Source of the DNA: Octopus sinensis
Lineage: Eukaryota
Reading direction: 5' to 3'
DNA length: 64,000 nucleotides
Assembly: GCF_006345805.1 (NCBI RefSeq)
Contig: NC_043001.1
Location: forward strand, 79,608,001-79,672,000
Of this stretch, positions 53,344 through 64,000 are shown piece by piece. A program made the position numbers and the translations under genes. The notes under the pieces are model-generated. The model was given only the letters and a program-made list of their open reading frames with translations. It had not been told where the DNA came from and ran no database searches. How positions within the stretch are numbered: position 1 is the first letter of the stretch; every line of letters begins with the position of its first letter.

Positions 53344-54323
53344 AACACTTAAAAGGACATATACATATATGTATATATATATATATAGATAGATAGATAG
53401 ATGGATGGATAGATAGATAGATATGTACTAACAGCAAGAATATACAGCTAATCAGAGATATTGAGCTATAAGTCGGTGCATCGCAGCTGTTCGTTCGCTC
53501 CTCCACCTGAGGGCTTTGGAACAACAGCAACAAGAACAATAACAACAGCAACAACAACAACAAACAACATCAACAGGAGCAGCAGCAACAAAAATACGAA
53601 CAAAACCAAATGCAGAAATACAAGTAACCTTATCTATTAAATTAACTCAGTAAATATTTGTCATAGACACGTAAGTTGTAACAATAACATTGAACAAGGT
53701 CGGAATAACAACATCATCACTACCAGGACCACAACCACCACAACCGTCACATTCACCACATCCACCACTAGCTGAAACAACATCCACACAAACAACATCA
53801 TTAACTGTATTAACAACAATAATAGCGATAGGTATTAACACAAAAATAAGAGCATATTCCAACTACAATAGCAGCCATCGCAACAACAAAAACAACACCG
53901 ACTAGAACGACGCCCATCAATAACCAAAGTAAAATGAATGAGTCAATCTAGGAAGGAGACTTGTAAGCTGGTTAAAACTTGTTGTTTCCAGAAAATTCCA
54001 TCAATAACAACAGCGTATGCCTCACTCTTTCTACCGTGCCCCCCCCCCCCATTCTCAAGAATACTTACTACCAACAATGGCTTCATCATTCTGAGCCAAT
54101 CCCTCCGAATTTAATACTTAGAGAGGAGAAAGCAGCAATATGAGGATTACGATGGTTGGTTACATCACTGACAACGATATAAGCGGCCTTTCTCATAATG
54201 CAAAGTGAAAAGGCCACAAAACATTTAATATTTCATAGATTTGTTTTGCTAACTTGATGCATGTTATTTCATACATGTATTCACACACACACACACAAAC
54301 ACTTAAAAGGACATATACATATA

Positions 54324-54340
<17 letters not shown>
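52283..54340. repeat. Direct tandem duplication, period 1138 bp
   Basis: ATATGTACTAACAGCAAG at 52283 and 53421. The unique parts are nearly identical; the (CA)n length differs. Confidence 0.95.
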
Positions 54341-54395
<55 letters not shown>

Positions 54396-55204
54396 TATAT
54401 TATATATATATGGGCCAATAAAATAAAACGAATATAAATATATATACATATGTGTGTGTGTGTTTGTGTGTGCGAGCGTGTGCGTGTGTGTGCGTGTGCA
54501 ATATTATTTACAATAACAGGAAGTCATTACGGCAGAAGTCGAAGATCAATATCTATTATAAGCGCTGACATTACACTGAGTTTCGCGAGTAACCACAGCC
54601 CGGCCACTAGCAACAGTAGACACCCTCACCACCACTAGCAACAAGCAACACCAACATTATGACCACCACGAGCAACAACCAACAGCACCACTGCCATCAT
54701 CGCCACCTCTATCATCACCACTACCAACAATCACGTAAGTGTAAACAACATCAACATGTTTACTATAAATAAGCAATGTGTTAGAAACGGATGTTTTTTT
54801 TTAAATTATGGTCAAGTAGACGCAGAGACTGAAAGTGAAACATTGATTTCTAACTTAAGCCAAATGACCATATAGTTCGTCGGCTCTTGTCCAACCGTTT
54901 AGATCAATAACGTATTGGGCTAGTATTCACTTCTTAGTGGCTGGAAGATGAAAGAAAAATGCGACCTCGAGGGAATTTGAACAATGAGTTTAAGTAACCA
55001 CAAGAAATATATCTTGTTACACGCTCTCATGTGTCAAATAATATACTAACTTTCACTAGGTTTTAGATCTAAATTCATAAGAATAATGTTTGATAAAACT
55101 CAGTCATATACCAAAGGCAGAATGTGTAAAAACAACGACCGAAAGCAAGCGCAAAAAATGTGTTTAAATACTGACAAGACTGTGTTGCTAAATTAAAAAA
55201 TAAA

Positions 55205-55440
55205 AACTTTTACCATCTAGTTTGCTAGACCAATTGGTTTCTGATTTTAGTTGAGCAAATAAAATAATATTCGCTAGGTGAAATCGTCATCAACAGGTAC
55301 ACCTCAGATTAAGTATATAACCACGAGGCAATCAATTATATGTCTTTTCTTTGCTAAACACGAGGCAATCAATTATATGCCTTTTATTTGCTAAACTAAA
55401 ATCAGAAACCAATTGGTCCGGAAACTAGATGGTAAAAGTT
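55205..55440. mobile_element. MITE/foldback with ~58-bp terminal inverted repeats and an internal ~38-bp direct repeat
   Basis: AACTTTTACCATCTAGTTT...TGAGCAAATAAAA pairs with TTTTATTTGCTAAAC...AAACTAGATGGTAAAAGTT. CACGAGGCAATCAATTATATG occurs twice. Confidence 0.8.
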
Positions 55441-57025
55441 CTTATTTTCTCATTTTGTTCCTTTCGGGATTTTATCCCGAATTTTGTGGTTTTGGAACCT
55501 AGCTGTTCTTTCTAGCGTGATGAATCCCTTGAGTGGATTCCTTCTGTGTTTAAATGTACACTGTATTTTATGAGTAATACATAGTCTTTGGACTAAATTT
55601 TTACACGCTAGGCCACTGGAAGTGAAAATTTCTATTAATTTCCATATATCTTCGATATGATTAAGTATATATATATATATAAAGTGAGAGAAAGATATAG
55701 ACATATATACTCATATATAGACGCAAGCAAGCATACCGACTCATGCTTTTCGCATCTACCTGCACGAGTGTATATCTCTATATAGACACACTAAAATCTA
55801 CTCGTATATAAAATACATACACAAAAATAAGTAGAGGGGAAGATATGGTGGATGAGAGAGAGAAATATGGAAAGGAAAGTGGATACTAAAGTCATAGATG
55901 CTTCATTCAATGAAAAAATGTCATATGATTGCCAACAGTAAGTGCTTCAATCATTCTGCTTTTGACCATTTACACGTTTAATGACTTAGTGGCAGCCCTT
56001 ACCGTACAGTTGTAACGGATATTTTTAAGTCGAACTATATATATATATATACTTATGTACATACTTACATAGATACGTATGCATATACATGCAATCCTGA
56101 GTAGAACTGTTCGTTTCTGGAGCCAAAAATTTCTACAGAATATACACATACGTTTACAAATCGATTTCCATATCCCAACTAGCTTACATACACACACAGA
56201 TACTTTACGTAAATACATATATACATCCGGATTCATATATGTATGTTTGTGCGTGTGTGTGTACGTGCATATGTGTGCGCGTGTGCGCGTCTTTCTATCT
56301 TTCGGTCTTTCTGTCTGTTTGCGTGCATGCATGCTTATATGTATGTATTTATGTATGTATGTATGAAGTACTAAGATATGTTGACGTACACAAACCAACA
56401 CCGGTTACAATGTGTAGTGGGAGCACACACAAAAGCACACATGTAAATAGGTATGTGTTTGTATATGACCGATTTCCGCATAATTTACTACGGATTGACT
56501 AAGATAACGTTGATTCTCACGGGGCTTAGATAGAAGAATCTGTCTCAGGGTGCCGTGCAATAGGACTGATTCCGAAACCCTGTGATTGGAACACTCATTT
56601 CATTACCTCATGCCTACATATCAAAGAAACAAATGAGCGTGTTTCTTTTAATTATATTCCAACCATACAAACCAATTTATTTATTTCGTGTATGTGTGTA
56701 TCGATTTATGTATAATTATTTCATTATTTTATTTGTTTCAGTAATTTGACTGCGGCTATGATGAAGCACCGCCTTTAGTCGAACAAATCAACCCCAGGAC
56801 TTAGTCTTTGTAAGCCTAGTACTTCTTCTGTCGGTGTCTATTGCCGAAACACTAAGTTACGAGGATGTAAACACACCAACATCGGTTGTCAAGCGATGAG
56901 GAGGCACACACACATATATTTTCTAAACGGAACAAATAATAGTATCAACTGTTATTTCCAGCAGGTAGACATACTTAGTATGTCCTTTGATTAATTTTAA
57001 TCCTTTAGTTATATATATATATATA

Positions 57026-57183
57026 TTCGACGGTCTTCTTGCAGTTTCCGTCTACCAAATCACTCACAAAGTCCGAGGCTATAGTAGAAGACACTTGCTT
57101 AAGGTGTCACGCAGTGGGACTGAACCCGGAACCATGTGGTCTGTAGGCAAGCTACTTACCACATAGCCACGCCTGCACCTATA
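57026..57183 (-). mobile_element. SINE family A head
   Basis: Reverse complement of the 48119 head. Further copies at about 60278-60430 and 61670-61825. Confidence 0.8.
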
Positions 57184-57228
57184 ATATTAAAATATTATAA
57201 ATTATCATTGTACTTCTAAAGAAGAATA

Positions 57229-57400
57229 CCGTATTTTTCAGCGTATAAATTGGCGCCGTATATAAGTCAAGGTTGATTTTTTTTCAGTTGAAAATTCCAG
57301 TGTTGAAGCTTATACTCGGCATATATGCCGACCGTCGACTATTTCCGCCTTTCTCCCGAATAACCATGCTGATTGGAATTTTTCTTAATTTTGTATTTTA
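57229..57400. mobile_element. Tc1/mariner (Tc2/pogo-like) element end
   Basis: TA|CCGTATTTTTCAGCGTATAA terminus; internal similarity to the right end of 63452-63644. The other boundary was not found. Confidence 0.45.
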
Positions 57401-58164
57401 TCGAGAGATCGAGCCATCGCTGGGGTCGGGCTGTATAGGTGCGCTGGAGTTCGTAAACAGAAGAAAATGTCTAGATAAACAGTAATTTTCCATTCAAAAT
57501 AATATTTGCTTATTTCAAATAAGATTTTTAATATTCGCCTTTATTTTCGAATACAGCCGTACATCGAAATGAATACAAAGTGAAAAGCGATGAGTTGGAA
57601 AGATCGGTAGCACACTGGGCAGACCACGTAGCAGCATTTCCTCCGTCCTTACGTTCTGAGGTCAAAATCTGCCGAGGTCGACTTTACATTTAACTTTTCT
57701 TGGGATGATAAAATAAGTACCAGTTGAACAATAAATAGGGTCGATGTGCTCGACTTACTACCTCTCCAGAAATTTCTATCCTTGTTCCAAAACTTAAAAC
57801 CAATATGAACTCAAAGTAAGTAGAAAGAAAGTGAGCAGGCAACTAAATTGATTTTTCTATGTCGTAATGACGCACCTGAAATGTAAATATTCAAACAAGG
57901 TCCCAGTCTTTCCAAATCCAGTTCACATTGAATTTTTTATCCTTCAAAGTCGTCCTGTTGTATAAGTCATCCTATCTCTTTTGGCTGTACGTTTTGATCT
58001 GAAAAATTCGACTATGCTGGGAAATATGTTACGTCACTAATCTTTTAAATGCTTTTGATATACACTTGGATGTGTTGGTCTTTTCTCATACACAAAATAA
58101 CTGCAGTGTATCAACACCATCTACCTATACACAAGTAGACCACTCTCCTTATAGCACAATCTCC

Positions 58165-58269
58165 CTCTCTCACTCGCTTTCTCTTCCCCTCTCTCACTCG
58201 CTTTCTCTTCCCCTCTCTCACTAGCTTTCTCTTCCCCTCTCTCACTCGCTTTCTCTTCCCCTCTCTCAC
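58165..58269. repeat. 24-bp minisatellite (CTCTCTCACTCGCTTTCTCTTCCC), about 4.3 copies
   Basis: Direct reading. Confidence 0.95.
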
Positions 58270-59084
58270 CGACCTTTCAGTGTCGCTCTCTGTCCTTTGC
58301 TCTCTCTCTCTCTCTCTCTCTCACTCTCTCTCTCTCTGACGAACACATACACGCACATGCACACGCAAACTCACACAAGCAAATACCCTCATCATTGTCG
58401 TTGCCTTTGTGAATTATACCAACTCTATCTAGTGTTCCTCATGATACATGGTATATAAAGTATGTTTGTACGTACAAGTGAGTGTGGGGTTTTGCGTCTG
58501 TTCTTTTTCTACGTGACTTTGTTACATTTTGAGTACGTGACTGTGTATGTATGTGTGCGTGCGGGTGTGCACGTGTATGCGCGTGTTAGCGTGTGTATGT
58601 GTGCGCGTATGTGTGTAGGGAACTGACTTCTCCATTAAGTATTTTCTGTATTGCGTATTTCCTTCAAACGAAAATTCGTTAATAAAGAATATAAATCAGA
58701 AACATGATTGATTTTACAATAATGATGATGACGACGACGACGACGATGATGATGAAGATGATGACGGGAACGACGACGACGACGAGGAAGATAAAATAAT
58801 CATAATACGTGTGTATATATATGCATATATATGTGTGTGTGTGCGTATACATACATTCATATATATATATAACATTTGTATGTGTATACATGCTTATATA
58901 TGCATCTATACGTGTAACTATATATATGTATGTCTGTGTGTGTGTGTATCCACACACATACATATATGTACATATATATATTTATATATATGTACATATG
59001 TATTTATTCTTATGTGTATTATATGCGTTTATATATATATATATATATATATGCATCTATATATATATATATAATATATATATA

Positions 59085-59746
59085 TAGATAGATACATATA
59101 TACATGCATATATATACGCATATATATATATACGTATGTATATATGTACGTACGTACGTATGTGTTTATGTACGTACGTACGTATGTATGTATGTACGTA
59201 CGTATCTATGTATATTGTGGGAACGTGAAAGAGGGGAAAAAAGCCGAGACTAAGACAACCATTTACCTCTATGGAGATAGCAAATGTTATGTCAGCTAAA
59301 CTGTTACATTATAATAGTATATTCAGTCCATATCCCATACAAGATAAACGTATTTTATACGTCTGATTATAATACCAAAAAATTATTATCTGAATCTCAA
59401 GGTATTTTCTATGTGAATACCACAAACAAATAATACATTATTTTATCTTTGATTGTGGCAGTATTTGTCGTTAGAATGATTCTTCTAAAGCAGACTAAAA
59501 CATTATAGGTGTTTATAAACCTCCTATGTGAGAACAGCCGTAATATACTTCACTATTATTCTGCAATCTGTGTTGATTTTCAATAAGAAAATACAAGGAG
59601 AGGAAATTTATATGCGCTGTTTGAGAGGGATGGTAGGCAGTTCCTGTTACATTTAGGATACACATTGATTTATATATTTAATATGTGCAACCGTACCTGG
59701 CAGTAGCGTATATCTTAGTGTGCATGTATATATATGTGTGTGTGTA

Positions 59747-59786
<40 letters not shown>

Positions 59787-60143
59787 GTGTGTGTGTGTGT
59801 GTGTGTGTTTGTGTATCTGTGAGTCTATATTCGTAGTTGTGTATCTGTTTGTGGATGAAGGTCTTGCAGAACTGAAATGGTTATAATAGAAACAAGAACA
59901 GCAAAACTCACACTCACACAAACACACACACACACACGCACAAACAAACACACACATGTATGTGCAGAATTACAAAGGCACAAACATGGTTGTGTGATTA
60001 AGAAATTCGCTTTGAAATCATTTGCTGTCGGATACAATCACACTACGGGCCACATTGGACAAGTGTTTTCTCTATAGCCTCGGATCAACCAATAACTTTT
60101 GATCGAATTCGGTCGACAAGAAGTGATTGGAAGCCCGTCATAT

Positions 60144-60224
<81 letters not shown>

Positions 60225-60445
60225 ACATACATACGTATATATATACATACATATGTCTATATATATATATATATTTAACACGGGCTTCTTTCAATTTCCA
60301 CCTACCAAATACACTCGGCACGAGGTTATAGCAGAAGCCACTAACCCAAAGTGCTATGCAGTGGGACTGAACCCGGAACCATGTTGTTTGGAAATAAGCT
60401 TCTTACCACACAGCCACGCCTGCACCTAGGTATATATGTGTGTAT

Positions 60446-60493
<48 letters not shown>

Positions 60494-61150
60494 TAGATAC
60501 ATATATACATGCATATATATACGCATATATATATATACGTATGTATATATGTACGTACGTACGTATGTGTTTATGTACGTACGTACGTATGTATGTATGT
60601 ACGTACGTATCTATGTATATTGTGGGAACGTGAAAGAGGGGAAAAAAGCCGAGACTAAGACAACCATTTACCTCTATGGAGATAGCAAATGTTATGTCAG
60701 CTTAACTGTTACATTATAATAGTATATTCAGTCCATATCCCATGCAACATAAACGTATTTTATACGTCTGATTATAATACCAAAAAATTATTATCTGAAT
60801 CTCAAGGTATTTTCTATGTGAATACCACAAACAAATAATACATTATTTTATCTTTGATTGTGGCAGTATTTGTCGTTAGAATGATTCTTCTAAAGCAGAC
60901 TAAAACATTATAGGTGTTTATAAACCTCCTATGTGAGAACAGCCGTAATATACTTCACTATTATTCTGCAATCTGTGTTGATTTTCAATAAGAAAATACA
61001 AGGAGAGGAAATTTATATGCGCTGTTTGAGAGGGATGGTAGGCAGTTCCTGTTACATTTAGGATACACATTGATTTATATATTTAATATGTGCAACCGTA
61101 CCTGGCAGTAGCGTATATCTTAGTGTGCATGTATATATATTGTGTGTGTA

Positions 61151-61186
<36 letters not shown>

Positions 61187-61202
61187 GTGTGTGTGTGTGG
61201 TG

Positions 61203-61233
<31 letters not shown>

Positions 61234-61579
61234 TGTGTGTGTGTTTGTGTATCTGTGAGTCTATATTCGTAGTTGTGTATCTGTTTGTGGATGAAGGTCT
61301 TGCAGAACTGAAATGGTTATAATAGAAACAAGAACAGCAAAACTCACACTCACACAAACACACACACACACACGCACAAACAAACACACACATGTATGTG
61401 CAGAATTACAAAGGCACAAACATGGTTGTGTGATTAAGAAATTCGCTTTGAAATCATTTGCTGTCGGATACAATCACACTACGGGCCACATTGGACAAGT
61501 GTTTTCTCTATAGCCTCGGATCAACCAATAACTTTTGATCGAATTCGGTCGACAAGAAGTGATTGGAAGCCCGTCATAT

Positions 61580-61620
<41 letters not shown>

Positions 61621-61830
61621 ACATACATACGTATATATATACATACATATGTCTATATATATATATATTTAACACGGGCTTCTTTCAATTTCCACCTACC
61701 AAATACACTCGGCACGAGGTTATAGCAGAAGCCACTAACCCAAAGTGCTATGCAGTGGGACTGAACCCGGAACCATGTTGTTTGGAAATAAGCTTCTTAC
61801 CACACAGCCACGCCTGCACCTAGGTATATA

Positions 61831-61845
<15 letters not shown>
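59085..61845. repeat. Direct tandem duplication, period ~1.4 kb
   Basis: AGATAGATACATATATACATGC at about 59086 and 60491. Few substitutions; breakpoints lie in (TA)n. Confidence 0.95.
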
Positions 61846-61911
<66 letters not shown>

Positions 61912-61923
61912 ATGTACATATTG

Positions 61924-61974
<51 letters not shown>

Positions 61975-62089
61975 TGCATATATATATACATATATACATA
62001 TATATATTATTTAAAGTAAAGTGTAAAAATTAGTAATGATTTTACCAAGAGGTTTGCACGGACATAAAAATCTTATAGGTGAATTTTAC

Positions 62090-62394
62090 AAATATAATAA
62101 TTATATACATAATTATAACAAGGGATTGGCTACAAGCTTCTCCACGCTCTAGAAATAGACACCAAAACACTAATATCACCTTTAAAATTCCAAAAAATAA
62201 AACACGGGCTGTAATAGAGCAAAATATTGATAATGAGTTAAATTTCATTATCTTTCGTTTGCTCGACTACAGCCCGTGTTTTATTTCTTGGGAGTTTTTA
62301 TGGTGATATTAGCGTATTTTGGTGTCTATTTCTAGCGCGCTGAGGGGCCTTTAGTCAATCCCTTGTTATAATTATGTATATAATTATAATATTT
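62090..62394. repeat. Foldback element, ~130-bp imperfect inverted arms
   Basis: AATTATATACATAATTATAACAAGGGATTG...CACGGGCTGTA...GAGCAAA pairs with TTTGCTC...TACAGCCCGTG...CAATCCCTTGTTATAATTATGTATATAATT. Confidence 0.9.
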
Positions 62395-63451
62395 ATACAT
62401 ACATATATGTATGTATACATGTATGTGTATGTATGTATACACATAGACACCACACACGCACACAGACACACACACACACACACACCACACACACATAGAT
62501 CACACGCTTCCACAAAGTTTCTGACAGCCCAATTCAATCATAACGCATTGGTTGATCGAGGTTTGCAATAGGATGCATTTGCACATATTAGTACACATAT
62601 GAGCACACAAATATCTATCGAGTCTCTTGGTGGTGTTGTTTGTGTAACTATCATACGTACCAAAAACATCGACGGATTTATTATAAATGCATGAAATAGC
62701 AGCTAATTTTCCCTCAAAACACATAGGAAATATAGATGCACGAGTATAAGTGAAATGAGATGTTAGTGCTTGGTAGTCATTGATCATAGCTTATACGATG
62801 ACCGTTAACACAGGGTTAACATTCAAAGACAGTAAATGATTGCCGTTGTTAAGGCTCTATTGCGTCCTTTCTTCTTTGGTCAATGTTAGTTATTTTAGCG
62901 TAGGGAAAGCTATCAAATTGTCGAACGAACTAGAAATGTAATGGCGATTTTTTTAAGTATTTGGCAGTGAGTGGGTAAACAGACATCAAGAGAAATATAG
63001 AAAGAACAACACTAACAACATTAGTAGCAGCGGTGTTACTTACAATATCATAGTTACATTAGTGGTAAAAATTGAAAGACTGGGTTGTGCTGAATGAAAG
63101 TAAGGGCTGGTAGAATTGACAGTTATAATATTATTCACTTTTAAAAGAAAACGAAATGTGAAATATAAAAGAAGAAAAATATAATAAAGTTAAGTATTTA
63201 AGAAATAGACATCAAATGAAGAAAAATTCTGTTCAAAAACTAAATAACGTACAACTCAGCAGGGATCAGTGTTTTGTTAAGTTGATGGCCATTTTCAATA
63301 GAAATTATTGAGACGAGGAGGACACAAAATAAAAGCGAGGTATTAAAATAAGTGTACAACTGATAAATAGGAAAAAATAAAGCAATAGTAAATCTTGAAT
63401 AAAGAACAAGAAGTAAATAAAATCTTGTGAAATAAACATAACAATTTATTA

Positions 63452-63644
63452 CCGTATTTCCCGTCTTATAAGTCGATGTAGTATTTAGGTTAAATATGTA
63501 AAGTAAACATTCAAACATCGTCCTGTTATATTTCATACGCAATTTTTGGTCTCCCGACGTCGGCTTGGTGTACATGTCGACTTAAATTTTCCTTTGACTG
63601 AAATTTTCATCTGAAAAATTCAACTTGTGTGTCGGAAAATACGG
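63452..63644. mobile_element. Tc1/mariner-superfamily MITE (Tc2/pogo-like TIR), TA target-site duplication
   Basis: TA-CCGTATTTCCCGTCTTATAAGTCGA ... TCAACTTGTGTGTCGGAAAATACGG-TA; ~25-bp imperfect TIR. Confidence 0.75.
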
Positions 63645-64000
63645 TAAAAGAATGATTTCTGATGGAAAAAGAGAAGGACAGACAGTGTAATGGTACTATG
63701 TTATATAAGCAACCGCGCTTCGCTTGTGATTTATTTCTACCGACTCAGAAAATGTGAAAGGCAAATACGCTCTGGGTGACATTGGATCACACAGCATAAG
63801 TGACAAAATGCGACAGGCTATTCGTCCCATGCTAAAGCGATTCTAAATGGAAACTCAAATGGGAAATAATAATAATAATAAAGCAAATGAGCTGCACTGA
63901 AGAGAAGAACCACCGTATACGTTAGTAATGTGTATAGGTATAATCTCTTTACTATAGACACAAAGCCTGGAATTTGTGGGGAGGCGGATAGTCGGTCACA

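Overview
This is AT-rich, microsatellite-dense animal genomic DNA. Its repeat content (tRNA-derived SINEs, Dong/R4 LINEs in (TAA)n tracts, abundant (TA)n/(TG)n/(AGAT)n) most resembles an octopus genome; that assignment is my inference. No recognisable named gene is present. Nearly all listed ORFs are microsatellite artefacts or retroelement pieces. Main contents: (1) a ~4 kb array of ~555-bp units (3886-7938), each carrying a minimal type I hammerhead ribozyme (HHR) motif, with the first ~1.2 units inverted; (2) a diverged homologue of that unit at 38058-38790, whose HHR keeps the fold with different helix sequences; (3) three further minimal-HHR families (8429-8488; 19388-19431; 12667-12704 and copies), several arranged as an inverted copy followed by a forward copy, as in Penelope-like elements; (4) a near full-length Dong/R4 non-LTR retrotransposon (26152-30180, minus) broken only by single-base indels, plus truncated and decayed relatives; (5) a 5'-truncated Tx1/L1-clade LINE and Penelope GIY-YIG fragments; (6) many SINEs, several foldback/MITE palindromes and two recent kb-scale tandem duplications; (7) a small unique island (50063-50636) with phase-compatible candidate exons. 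Scattered 1-bp indels suggest an imperfectly polished long-read assembly. All structures were derived by eye; no folding or database search was run.
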